From positions 9,217 to 73,216 of the forward strand of contig JAJRCF010000011.1 of assembly GCA_028679075.1 (NCBI GenBank): a DNA stretch of 64,000 nucleotides. The letters are read 5' to 3'. A model generated the notes under the pieces. The model worked only from the letters and a program-made list of their open reading frames with translations, was not told the DNA's origin and made no database searches. Shown here piece by piece: positions 30,992-40,350 of this stretch (the first letter of the stretch is position 1; every line of letters starts with the position of its first letter). The translations under genes and the position numbers were made by a program. Source of the DNA: Methanoregula sp. GTDB taxonomy: Archaea > Halobacteriota > Methanomicrobia > Methanomicrobiales > Methanospirillaceae.

Positions 30992-32218
30992 ATGGCCCAG
31001 CTGACCGTGGATATTGGCGGAAGCCCCGGCATCAACTGCCGCGGATACTGCGAATACTGCTATTTCAAAAAAGTCAAGGGTGAAACACAACTCGGGTGCC
31101 GGTACTGCCTGCCGTTCAAGAAAGGCTGCGACTACTGCACCCGTGGCGTAAAAGAGGAGTACTCCGGGTTCAAGGACCTCCGGAGCATCGCAGACGAGAC
31201 CCTCGCGAACCTCCAGTCAAAGCAGGGCGAGATCGAACGGATTACAATAAGTGGTGGCGGTGATCCGAGCTGTTACCCGCAGTTTAAGGATCTCATCGAA
31301 CTGCTCGGCAGCACGGAAGCCCCGCTCCACATCGGGTACACGAGTGGGAAGGGTTGGGACGACCCGGCTATTGCCGATCTCCTGATTGAGAACGGGCTCA
31401 CCGAGATTTCATTTACGGTCTTTGCCACGGACCCGAGACTCCGGAAGAAGTATATGCACGACCCGACACCGGAAGCCTCCCTTGCGATCCTTGAACGGCT
31501 CTGCGGTGCGGTTGATGTGTATGCGGCAACGGTTGTCCTCCCGGGTGTGAATGACGGGAAAGTACTGGAGGAGACCTGCCGGTGGCTCCAGGACCGGGGG
31601 GCAAAGGGCCTGATCCTGATGCGGTTTGCCAATGCCATGGAGCAGGGGCTCATCCTCGGCAACGGGCCGGTCATGGGGAAGCAGAAAGTCCAGAGCGTGG
31701 AATCGTTCCGTGACATGATCACGGACCTCCGGAAAAAATTCACAATGAAAATATCCGGTACGCCACTCTGGGACCCGGAGATCGGTTCGCCGTTTGCGAT
31801 CCGTTATGAGCCAGGCCTACTCGCAAAACTCCCCCGGGTCACGAAACGGGCGAGCGTGGTCAGCGGGAGCATCGCCACGCCATTCATCGATACAATCCTT
31901 TCCGCATGCGGGTCAGAGGTCCCGGTCATTCCGGTCAAGAAAGAGATTGCCTGCCTGATCACCGCAGATGACCTCCGCGGGCTCGACCTCGCGGCTCTTG
32001 AAACCGCGGTGATCATCCCCGGCCGTGCGTTCGTGCATGATGCCGAGGCAGAAGAGATCCTCTCACGTGACGGGGTTGAGCGGTTGGTAATACGGGGGCC
32101 TGACATGCTGACTGCCGATGCCGAGACCAGTATGGGGATGACCCGCGACCAGGTGCTGGAGATGGAGATGGAAGGGTTTGCCGAATTGATCCAGATGATC
32201 AACCGGTTTGGGAAATGA
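30992..32218 (+). CDS. mmp10: Methyl-coenzyme M reductase arginine C-methyltransferase, radical SAM/cobalamin (methanogenesis marker 10)
   Basis: N-terminal DIGGSPG-x2-CRGYCEYCYF, second CxxC-x6-CxxC iron site (CRYC...CDYC) and a DUF512-like C-terminus. Confidence 0.9.
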   Translation: MAQLTVDIGGSPGINCRGYCEYCYFKKVKGETQLGCRYCLPFKKGCDYCTRGVKEEYSGFKDLRSIADETLANLQSKQGEIERITISGGGDPSCYPQFKDLIELLGSTEAPLHIGYTSGKGWDDPAIADLLIENGLTEISFTVFATDPRLRKKYMHDPTPEASLAILERLCGAVDVYAATVVLPGVNDGKVLEETCRWLQDRGAKGLILMRFANAMEQGLILGNGPVMGKQKVQSVESFRDMITDLRKKFTMKISGTPLWDPEIGSPFAIRYEPGLLAKLPRVTKRASVVSGSIATPFIDTILSACGSEVPVIPVKKEIACLITADDLRGLDLAALETAVIIPGRAFVHDAEAEEILSRDGVERLVIRGPDMLTADAETSMGMTRDQVLEMEMEGFAELIQMINRFGK

Positions 32219-32253
32219 TCCGGTAAGTCCTCACGGTACCGGGAAAAACAGTA

Positions 32254-32366
32254 TGCTGCGAGAGGGTTACGATCCCCCGATCTCCAGATCTCTCGAAGCG
32301 TGAACGCGGAATTGGTGTTCAACAACCCTATGAGTCTGGCGCCCTAACCAGCTAGGCCACCGCAGC
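32254..32366 (-). tRNA. tRNA-Met(CAT), elongator type, with a 39-nt intron at 37/38 (32290-32328)
   Basis: Acceptor GCTGCGG/TCGCAGC, D arm GCCT/GGGC, anticodon arm CCAGA-CTCATA|A-TCTGG split by the intron. T-loop is atypical (ATCGTAA). Confidence 0.88.
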
Positions 32367-32428
32367 ACAAAAGTGCATAATAAAAACGCCGTAAAAACTA
32401 TTAAAGGTTCTGACACGACAAAGCTGCG

Positions 32429-33904
32429 TCATTCCTTCTTTTGCTGGAGGTACATGTTGACCGCTGCTGTGATCGCGGCTACTTTCTTTCCCTGGTCGAA
32501 CGACCCTGCAAGGGTCTGCATACGGGTCTCCTCGTCCCGCTTGTATCGCTCGAGCGTACTTAAGATATGCTCCTCCTGCAGGAAGTGCGTGTGGGTGTTT
32601 CCCTCGATGAACTGCTGGTTGTTCATGATCGCATAATGAAGGGGGAGCGTGGTCCTGATGCCGAGGACGATATACTCCGAGATAGCTCTCCGCATCCTCA
32701 TGATCGCATCGGTACGGGTGCTGTCCCAGGCACAGAGCTTTGCGATCATCGAGTCGTAATTGGGGGGGATCGTGTATCCCATATGAATCCCGGAATCGAC
32801 CCGGATCCCGGGTCCGCCCGGTGACCGGTAGCGCACTATCTTCCCGGGATCGGCAGCGAAATTGTTGAGGGGGTCTTCGGCATTGATCCGGCATTCGATC
32901 GCATGCCCGCGGATCGAGAGATCCTTCTGCTCGAACGGGAGTGATTCACCGGCTGCTATCGCAATCTGTTGTTTGACGAGATCGACACCCGTAATGATTT
33001 CTGTGATAGTATGCTCGACCTGGAGACGGGTGTTCATCTCCATGAAGTAATAATTCCCTTCGCTGTACAGGAACTCGACCGACCCGGCATTGGTATAATC
33101 CGATGCTTCAACGACTTTGAGTGCCGATTGTGACATCCGCTCCCGCAGCTCGTTGGTCATGATCGGGGAGGGGGCCTCCTCGATCAGTTTCTGGTGCCGG
33201 CGCTGGATGGAGCACTCGCGGTCATACAGGTGGACCGCGTTCTTGTGCTCATCGGCCAGCACCTGGAACTCGATATGCCGCGGTTTGATGAGATACTTCT
33301 CGATGAAGACCGTCGCATCCCCAAATGCAGATTTTGCGATACGCTGGCTTGCCGTAACGGCTTCTTCGAGGGACTGCTCATTGTCCACGATCTGCATCCC
33401 GATGCCGCCGCCTCCCGCGCTGGCCTTGACAATGACCGGGTACCCGATCTTCGCGGCAACTTTTTTTGCCGCATCGATGTCCTTGATGCCGCTGTCAGTA
33501 CCGGGGAGCACCGGAACCCCGGCGTCCTTCATCATCTGCTTGCTGCCAATCTTGGACCCCATCGCCTTGATGGTCTTCCATTGCGGGCCGACAAACGTGA
33601 CGCTCTCGTCCTGGCAGAGCTTGGCAAACCGGTAGTTCTCTGCAAGGAACCCGTACCCGGGATGGATCGCCTCGGCACCGGACTTCTTGGCAATATCGAT
33701 GATCCGCTCCATGTTGAGGTAACTCTTGGAGGGGTGAGCCTCGCCCACATGAAATGCCTCGTCCGCGTACTTGACGTGGAGGGCATTCCTGTCCGCATCG
33801 GAATAGATCGCTACGGTCTCAATGTCAAGCTCGCGGCATGCCCGCATTACCCGGATCGCGATCTCGCCGCGGTTGGCGATTAAGAGTTTCTCAAAAAATT
33901 TCAT
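32429..33904 (-). CDS. pycA: Pyruvate carboxylase subunit A (biotin carboxylase)
   Basis: LIANRGEIA, IHPGYGFLAEN, RECSIQRRHQK, EMNTRLQVEH and YDSMIAK. Confidence 0.95.
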   Translation of the reverse strand: MKFFEKLLIANRGEIAIRVMRACRELDIETVAIYSDADRNALHVKYADEAFHVGEAHPSKSYLNMERIIDIAKKSGAEAIHPGYGFLAENYRFAKLCQDESVTFVGPQWKTIKAMGSKIGSKQMMKDAGVPVLPGTDSGIKDIDAAKKVAAKIGYPVIVKASAGGGGIGMQIVDNEQSLEEAVTASQRIAKSAFGDATVFIEKYLIKPRHIEFQVLADEHKNAVHLYDRECSIQRRHQKLIEEAPSPIMTNELRERMSQSALKVVEASDYTNAGSVEFLYSEGNYYFMEMNTRLQVEHTITEIITGVDLVKQQIAIAAGESLPFEQKDLSIRGHAIECRINAEDPLNNFAADPGKIVRYRSPGGPGIRVDSGIHMGYTIPPNYDSMIAKLCAWDSTRTDAIMRMRRAISEYIVLGIRTTLPLHYAIMNNQQFIEGNTHTHFLQEEHILSTLERYKRDEETRMQTLAGSFDQGKKVAAITAAVNMYLQQKKE

Positions 33905-35640
33905 TGCACCACCAGCAGGACATCGCCGTTCTGGACGACATCGCCGGTATCGACAAAGATCTCGGTGACTTTGCCGTCAGCCGGGCTGTGGATCGGGTTC
34001 TCCATCTTCATTGCTTCGAGGACAACGAGGGTATCGCCTTTCTTGACCGCCGCTCCCCGGCCGCCCAGCACCTGCAGGACCATGCCCTGCATGTTGCTCT
34101 TGATACCGCCGGCATATTCTCCCCGTGGGATCTTCTGGGGAGCAACGCTGGTGACCTCGACCTTGCTCCCGCCAACGGATACGATCTTGACCGAGAAGAC
34201 CTCCCCATCCACTTCGACTTCCATCTGGCTGGGGATGTCACTGGCAGGTTTTTGGGTCGGCTGTTTTTTCGGGATCTCTTCAATCGTCCGTTCTCCCTTG
34301 AGGAACGAGGGGGCAATGGCCGGGTAGAGGATGTATGTCAGAACATCTTCCTCTTTTTTGACCAGTCCCGCTTTCATTGCCTCGGCTTTCATGCTCTCAT
34401 ATGCCGGTTCAAGCAGGTCGGCAGGCCGGGAGGTAATCACGTTTTCATCACCGATAATGAGCTTGCGGATCTCGTCGCTCACCGGCCCGGGGGATTTGCC
34501 ATAGAGACCGCGCACATAGTCCTTGACCTCCTTGGTCACGTTCCGGTACCGCTGGCCGTTGACAAGGACGTTCAGCACGGCCTGTGTGCCGACAATCTGG
34601 CTCGTGGGCGTGACGAGCGGGGGATAGCCGAGGTCCTTCCGGACCCGGGGGATCTCTGCGAGCACCTCGTCCCAGCGGTCGAGCGCGTCCTGTTCCTGCA
34701 GTTGCGAAACGATATTCGAGATCATTCCGCCGGGGAGCTGGTAAATGAGGACATCGCTGTCCACGCGTTCCGATATCGGGTTAAAGAGTCCGCCGTATTT
34801 ATCCCGGATCTGCAGGCACCGGTTACGGACGGCCCTGAGCTTGATCAGGTCGATACCCGTATCGCGGGGCGTGCCGATCAGGGATGCGACAACGCTCTCG
34901 GTCGGTGGCTGGGAGGTACCCATGGCAATGGGTGACATCGCGGTATCGAGGATGTCGACACCAGCCTCGATCGCTGCCTGGTAACTCATGGGCGCGATCC
35001 CGCTCGTGCAGTGGCTGTGGAGACAGACTTTCACATCAACGGCTTTCTTGATGCCGGTGATCAATTCACGGGCCTCTGCGGGCATGATGAGGCCGGCCAT
35101 GTCCTTGATGCAGATCGAATCGCAGTCAAGGGCATACAGGTCCTTTGCCATGTTGATGAATGACTTCGTGCTGTGGACCGGGCTTGTGGTATAGGATATC
35201 GTGCCCTGCAGGTGAGCCCCCGTCTTCTTGACCCGCTCCATCGAGCGCTTCATGTTACGGATATCGTTCAGCGCATCGAAGATACGGAATATATCCACTC
35301 CGTTCTTATGGGCAGCGTCGACAAACTTATCGACGACGTCATCGGGATAATGACGGTACCCGACAAGGTTCTGTCCCCGAAGGAGCATCTGTATGGGAGT
35401 GTGTTTGAGTTCAGCCTTGAGAGCTGTCAGACGGTCCCACGGGTCATCGTTTAAAAACCGTATACCGGTATCGAACGTTGCACCGCCCCATGCCTCAACA
35501 GAAAAAAAACCACAGTGATCGATCTCCTGTGCAAGAGGAAGCATGTCCTCAGTCCTGAGCCGTGTGGCAATCAGCGACTGGTGGGCGTCACGAAGGGTAG
35601 TATCGGTTATCAGGACTTTTTTTGTGGACGCAGCGTGCAT
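33901..35640 (-). CDS. pycB: Pyruvate carboxylase subunit B (carboxyltransferase plus biotin carrier)
   Basis: DTTLRDAHQSL, WGGATFD, IKDMAG, PLVTPTSQIVG and the biotinylation site EAMKM. Confidence 0.95.
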   Translation of the reverse strand: MHAASTKKVLITDTTLRDAHQSLIATRLRTEDMLPLAQEIDHCGFFSVEAWGGATFDTGIRFLNDDPWDRLTALKAELKHTPIQMLLRGQNLVGYRHYPDDVVDKFVDAAHKNGVDIFRIFDALNDIRNMKRSMERVKKTGAHLQGTISYTTSPVHSTKSFINMAKDLYALDCDSICIKDMAGLIMPAEARELITGIKKAVDVKVCLHSHCTSGIAPMSYQAAIEAGVDILDTAMSPIAMGTSQPPTESVVASLIGTPRDTGIDLIKLRAVRNRCLQIRDKYGGLFNPISERVDSDVLIYQLPGGMISNIVSQLQEQDALDRWDEVLAEIPRVRKDLGYPPLVTPTSQIVGTQAVLNVLVNGQRYRNVTKEVKDYVRGLYGKSPGPVSDEIRKLIIGDENVITSRPADLLEPAYESMKAEAMKAGLVKKEEDVLTYILYPAIAPSFLKGERTIEEIPKKQPTQKPASDIPSQMEVEVDGEVFSVKIVSVGGSKVEVTSVAPQKIPRGEYAGGIKSNMQGMVLQVLGGRGAAVKKGDTLVVLEAMKMENPIHSPADGKVTEIFVDTGDVVQNGDVLLVVQ

Positions 35641-35692
35641 GAAGGGAACCTCTGCCGGGCAGCAGGATGTAGATATTCAGCCTCTCAAAACT

Positions 35693-36346
35693 TCATCGGT
35701 AAAGTATAAAAAATTCACTAACGGGAATAAGAGCGAGGATGAGCACGCATAGCGCTGCAAGTGTGGAAAGGATGTCCATTCTTGGTGTAATGAACTCCGG
35801 GCAGAGCGATCCCCCGTCGTGATAGCCCCGCACCGCCATGAGTTCTGCGGTGCTTTCGGCCCGGGAGAGCGCACCGTTCACGAGAACAAAACCGGCTGGC
35901 ACCAGCGTCTTCCACCCGGGATGTATCCCCTTGAGTGTTTCTGCAATGCAGATCTGGTGGAAGTCCCGGACCAGAAGGTGCAGGGTCTGCATACTCATAT
36001 CGGCGATCATGCCGAGTTCGAATCCTGCGCGTTCTCCCAGCAGCCATACGCCAAACCGGAGGAATTCACCGCTCTTCTGTTCCGTGTATAGCCAGAATCC
36101 GATGAGGATGATGACCATCATACGGATAAAATAGGATGCCCCGTCGCCTCCTGTCAGTGCGAGTACGATACTAAAAAAAGCAACCATCGCCACAATGGGG
36201 AGCATCATGCGGACTTGTTTTACCTGTGTAAACCTGCCCGCAAAGACCAGCCACCAGAGAAATGCTGCAACCGCTCCCGGGATACTGATAAATGCCGATA
36301 TGCAGAGGAGGACTGCCGCAGCGGTCCGCAGTCTTACGTCCTGCAT
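35693..36346 (-). CDS. ECF transporter transmembrane (T, BioN-like) component
   Basis: Hydrophobic N-terminal half and a C-terminal MAVRGY motif; in an operon with bioY and two ATPases. Confidence 0.7.
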   Translation of the reverse strand: MQDVRLRTAAAVLLCISAFISIPGAVAAFLWWLVFAGRFTQVKQVRMMLPIVAMVAFFSIVLALTGGDGASYFIRMMVIILIGFWLYTEQKSGEFLRFGVWLLGERAGFELGMIADMSMQTLHLLVRDFHQICIAETLKGIHPGWKTLVPAGFVLVNGALSRAESTAELMAVRGYHDGGSLCPEFITPRMDILSTLAALCVLILALIPVSEFFILYR

Positions 36347-37026
36347 GCCGCCTCCAGGAGATCCGATGGAGTGATGTTTTCCGGGACTTTCCCCCGGGCT
36401 ATGAGTTTTTTAATAATGTCAGGTGCATGTTCCCATGCCTCAAGTGCCCCGGGAACGGACCCCCTGTTGTGAAGTGAACCGCGGGCGATCTCCCAGATAT
36501 AATCAACCCGCGGGAACTGCATCTGCTCATGCGTAAAGATCACCGTTATTCCTGTTGTGCGGCGGGAGATTGCGCTGCACACGCGTTCCTTCTCACGGCA
36601 GTCAAGGGAGCTGAAGGGTTCATCAAGTACCAACAGATCATAATCCCGGGCCAGGACGCAGGCAAGGTGAAGGCGCTTCAGCTCGCCCCTGCTCAGTTTC
36701 AGCGGGGACAGATCCTGCCTGTCACGGAGGTTCGCAGCAGTCAGTACTCCCGTTGGATCGATACCCCACGAGATGCATTCGTCCCTGATCGTCGCCCCTG
36801 TGACATGATACTCCGGGAACTGGAACGAGACCATCAGTGAGGATATCCCTTCGCGGCAAACCGTGCCGGAGGACGGGGGTAACAGTCCCGCGAGCAACAG
36901 CGCGAGGGTGGTCTTGCCGCTGCCGGTATCACCGCTGACCAGGTGGATGCCTTCCGTGAATATGCCTTGGGCGGAGAGTGACCACCCCTCCCGGGACATG
37001 CATACGTCATCCAGTTCAACTCTCAT
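36334..37026 (-). CDS. ECF/ABC ATPase (A' component)
   Basis: GDTGSGKTT, LSRGE and LVLDEPFSSLD; ATGA overlap with the upstream ATPase stop. Confidence 0.88.
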   Translation of the reverse strand: MRVELDDVCMSREGWSLSAQGIFTEGIHLVSGDTGSGKTTLALLLAGLLPPSSGTVCREGISSLMVSFQFPEYHVTGATIRDECISWGIDPTGVLTAANLRDRQDLSPLKLSRGELKRLHLACVLARDYDLLVLDEPFSSLDCREKERVCSAISRRTTGITVIFTHEQMQFPRVDYIWEIARGSLHNRGSVPGALEAWEHAPDIIKKLIARGKVPENITPSDLLEAACRT

Positions 37027-37694
37027 GTCCCGCACCTCAGCGAAAGCGGGTAAAAAGCACTACCGGAAAGCGAGGAAAAGACCTCCGGAGGCGATCCATG
37101 GTGTATGGCCCTGCCGTTTTCAAGATAGACAATCCGGTCGCCCAGTGCAGCGGTCTCCATCTGCTGGGTGCACCGGATCACGTACGGTATCCTGCCCGAC
37201 CTCAGGATGTCGTCGATCGCACGGGCCCTGCCGGCATCGAGATGGGAGTCGTATTCATCAAGCACGAGCACATGAGGGGAATGGACAAGGGCCGCAGCAA
37301 GGGCAACAAGGATCTTCTCACCCCCCGAGAGATCGCGAACCGCCCTGTCCCTGAGGTGAATGATCCCCATCACCCCAAGCTGATGGTCGACCCGGCTTGA
37401 GATCATCTCGCAGGAAACCCGCCGGAACCGTAGCGGGGATGCAACCTCGTCCGCAACCGTCTCGAACAGGATATTGCGGTCCGGGAACTCATTGACCCAG
37501 CCGGTCTCCGTCTCCCGCGGCGAGTGGCCGTCAACAAGCACCGTCCCGGCAGATGGTTCGGCGATCCCGGCACAGCATTTGAGGAGTGTGGTCTTGCCGC
37601 TGCCGTTCGGGCCGATCACTGAAGTGATCCCGGGCTGGATGTCCAGCGAAGGAATATCGAGCACCTGGTGCCGGAGGCTGCGCAGCGAGATCAT
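37023..37694 (-). CDS. ECF/ABC ATPase (A component)
   Basis: GPNGSGKTT, LSGGE and LVLDE; start set at ATG 37694 (ATGA overlap with the bioY stop). Confidence 0.88.
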   Translation of the reverse strand: MISLRSLRHQVLDIPSLDIQPGITSVIGPNGSGKTTLLKCCAGIAEPSAGTVLVDGHSPRETETGWVNEFPDRNILFETVADEVASPLRFRRVSCEMISSRVDHQLGVMGIIHLRDRAVRDLSGGEKILVALAAALVHSPHVLVLDEYDSHLDAGRARAIDDILRSGRIPYVIRCTQQMETAALGDRIVYLENGRAIHHGSPPEVFSSLSGSAFYPLSLRCGT

Positions 37695-38200
37695 GGAAGT
37701 TGCCGGGCTATCGCGTATGCTGCAACACACTTGAGGGTACCACCAATGACAAAGGGCAGGACACCGACAGAAAATGCCGGAAGTAATCCCATGCCGAGTG
37801 AATACATCAGCCACGCCATGCCAAAGAGGAGGGTGATGACCGTCCCGCACGCAAGCCCGGCGATATGCACATACCGGGATTCTCTCTCATATGCCAGACC
37901 GACAACCAGCGCAGTGAAGATAAACCCGATGAGGTATCCCCCGGTCGGGCCGAGGAGCACGCCCGGCCCGGCCATGCCGTTGTGAAATACCGGGAGTCCT
38001 ATTGATCCCAATAGGACGTACGCGGCAACCGGGATCACCGCCTTTCGTTTCATCACGGCACCGGCAAGCAGCACGAAGAGTGTCTGGAGGGTGAACGGCA
38101 CCGGGATGCAGGGAATGGAGATCCAGCTGCCGAGCGCGATGAGCCCGATAAAGGCAGCGGAATAAGTAATGAGCCGTGATCGCTCCAGGTCACCAAACAT
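37691..38200 (-). CDS. bioY: Biotin ECF S component BioY
   Basis: PVPFTLQTLFVLLAG, GLPVF, LGPTGGYLIGF and VLPFV. Confidence 0.95.
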   Translation of the reverse strand: MFGDLERSRLITYSAAFIGLIALGSWISIPCIPVPFTLQTLFVLLAGAVMKRKAVIPVAAYVLLGSIGLPVFHNGMAGPGVLLGPTGGYLIGFIFTALVVGLAYERESRYVHIAGLACGTVITLLFGMAWLMYSLGMGLLPAFSVGVLPFVIGGTLKCVAAYAIARQLP

Positions 38201-38232
38201 CGTCAACCATTAAAAAAATGATGGTTGACGAT
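38199..38232. promoter_or_regulatory. BirA operator over the bioY start, with a TATA-like TTTTTAT just upstream on the minus strand
   Basis: Perfect 12-bp inverted repeat ATCGTCAACCAT-N10-ATGGTTGACGAT, i.e. GTCAAC-N16-GTTGAC, matching the BirA consensus GTtAAC-N14-16-GTTaAC. birA with an HTH is adjacent. Confidence 0.8.
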
Positions 38233-38246
38233 AAAAAGTACTCTTT

Positions 38247-39227
38247 TCACTGGTGATAACAGTCGCCGGCAATGACGCGTTCGAGCTTGCCATTGGGCTT
38301 TCTGATGATCAGCGCGCCGTACTCGTCAATGTCTACCGCTTCACCTTCAAAGCTGTTCTTGAGCGTCCGGATCTGGACCCGGTTGTCCAGCGTGCAGGAG
38401 ATGCTCTTCCATTCCTGGATGATCGCGTCATATTCGCCGCTCTCGATCAAAAGGTAATGGTTCTCAAATTCTTTCAAGATGCGGGCAAGGAATGCGGGAC
38501 GGTCAACCTTGTGACCCACCTCGGCACAGATGGAGGTGATCTGGTTCTGGAGTTCCGGTGAAAAATTGGTGATAGGTACATTCACATCAATACCAATGGA
38601 GAGGAGGCAGTGGTGGACCACATCGGAATCTGCCGAAAGTTCGAGCAGGAGACCGGCTACTTTCTTGTTGCCGATGAAAATATCATTGGGCCACTTGATC
38701 AGGGCACCGAGATTGAACTCTTTCCTGATCGCCCGTGCGACCGCAATCGATCCGGCCATCGTGATCATGAAAATATGGTCGATGGGGACATGGGGTTTGA
38801 GGACAATGGTCAGCCAGATCCCGCCGCTGGGTGAGATCCAGGCCCGTCCCATCCTGCCGACACCTCCGGTCTGCTCCTCGGCGATGATGACCATGCCATG
38901 CATCTTCTCGACATCGCCTTCGGAACAGAGCTGCTTTCCTACCCAGATCGTCGAAGGGGTGTTTTCCAGATAGCGTATCTTCTTGCCGATAAACCGGGTC
39001 TGGAGTTTCTTGTGGATTTCATAGGGGAGCAGTTTAGCGCTCGATTCGGCAAGCTGGTATCCGGCTTTCTGGGATGAGGTAATCTCGTATCCCATCATGC
39101 GGAGTTCGTTGATATGTTTCCAGACTGCCGACCGGGTGACACCCAGCTCATTGCTGATTGTCTCCCCGGAGAGGGGGCCATCGGCACGTTCGAGGATCTC
39201 AAGTACTTTAAACGCGGATTCCGGCAT
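38247..39227 (-). CDS. birA: Bifunctional biotin ligase/repressor (group II BirA with N-terminal HTH)
   Basis: SGETISNELGVTRSAVWKHI HTH, AEEQTGGVGR-x-GR-x-W and IKWPNDI-x4-KKVAG. Start set at MPESAFK. Confidence 0.93.
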   Translation of the reverse strand: MPESAFKVLEILERADGPLSGETISNELGVTRSAVWKHINELRMMGYEITSSQKAGYQLAESSAKLLPYEIHKKLQTRFIGKKIRYLENTPSTIWVGKQLCSEGDVEKMHGMVIIAEEQTGGVGRMGRAWISPSGGIWLTIVLKPHVPIDHIFMITMAGSIAVARAIRKEFNLGALIKWPNDIFIGNKKVAGLLLELSADSDVVHHCLLSIGIDVNVPITNFSPELQNQITSICAEVGHKVDRPAFLARILKEFENHYLLIESGEYDAIIQEWKSISCTLDNRVQIRTLKNSFEGEAVDIDEYGALIIRKPNGKLERVIAGDCYHQ

Positions 39228-39231
39228 CGCA

Positions 39232-39654
39232 TTACCTCCGGGAACTGATCTGTTCTGAATCGAGAGGGCAGGGGTCCTTGCCGCACACCTGTTTGAGGAT
39301 CGCAGACTGGTGCTCCATGAGCGTGGCGAGATCGAATATGCCCGTGATATCGACAATGCCGATCGCCCCGATCGCGTTCCCGTCTTTATCCCGGATGGGG
39401 GTGACGGTGACCGGCACTCCCTTGTAGGCCCCGGTCGCCGGGGTTATCCTGATCGTGGTGTTCTTTTCGATAGCATCGAGAAGGATTGGGCCGGTATACT
39501 TGCGATCAACTACCCTGCCATCCTCGACCCGGATGCCGTCCCGGTCAACGGACTTCGCAGTAACGGGAAGCCGGTGTACCAGTTCATGGACGGCAAGGAC
39601 AATGGGTTCGAGCTCGTCTGATTCGGCACTGCAGGACAAAATATAGCGGTGCAT
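39232..39654 (-). CDS. DUF2111 family protein (methanogen-specific, small sensory-domain-like)
   Basis: LPVT, YTGP-x-L, GAYKGVPV and AIGIVD pattern. Confidence 0.75.
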   Translation of the reverse strand: MHRYILSCSAESDELEPIVLAVHELVHRLPVTAKSVDRDGIRVEDGRVVDRKYTGPILLDAIEKNTTIRITPATGAYKGVPVTVTPIRDKDGNAIGAIGIVDITGIFDLATLMEHQSAILKQVCGKDPCPLDSEQISSRR

Positions 39655-39774
39655 ATAGAATGCCTCAATACTCTGGTCATTCTTTATCCAGATGAAGGTT
39701 GCGTATCAGGCAGGGCCTTTTCAAACACGAAAAATCATGAAAGCTGATGCTTCATCATAAGGAGAGAAAAGTGA

Positions 39775-40350
39775 TCAAAAGGTCGCATGAGTTCCATTAC
39801 AGCAAAATTTTTTAATGAAACTGCGTGACGGGAATTCATGGACACTGGTCACGATGATCGTTCCCTTTCCGTATGTGTGCTCGATGATGACATCTGCTGA
39901 TCCATCCGCCCCGATACCCCGGCCCTCATGGACCGGGAATGTCCCATCGCATTCGATATTCCCCGGATCATATTCATCGGCAATGGTTGTACCAACAGAC
40001 TCCCCGGAAAATGCGAGGCATCTGGGATGACAGTCGTGCCGGTAGGTCACCGTGAACGGCAGCCAGTCGTAGGCATCTGCCCTGTCGTCCGCGGCCCCGA
40101 AGACGAGGAGGTTCCCCCCGGCTTCCACGAACCTCCTGATCCGCGATGAGGATGCCCGGAGTGCCGGGAGGAGGTTCGAATACCGGGGGTTTCCAAAGCC
40201 GGTGGGGATGATTAGGCAATTGAACGAACCCCGGAAGAACGGGGCTGCGAGCATCTGGGGCGTGACAATCTCGCAGACGATCCCGCAGTCCTCTATCAGC
40301 CGGCTGAAGTGCTGCGGGGAGTCCCAGACAAATCCTGCCCGGCAACTCAT
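39775..40350 (-). CDS. Conserved hypothetical protein (class I glutamine-amidotransferase-like fold)
   Basis: LIIPTGF and FVEAGGNLLVFG patterns; overlaps the rtcB stop. Confidence 0.55.
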   Translation of the reverse strand: MSCRAGFVWDSPQHFSRLIEDCGIVCEIVTPQMLAAPFFRGSFNCLIIPTGFGNPRYSNLLPALRASSSRIRRFVEAGGNLLVFGAADDRADAYDWLPFTVTYRHDCHPRCLAFSGESVGTTIADEYDPGNIECDGTFPVHEGRGIGADGSADVIIEHTYGKGTIIVTSVHEFPSRSFIKKFCCNGTHATF

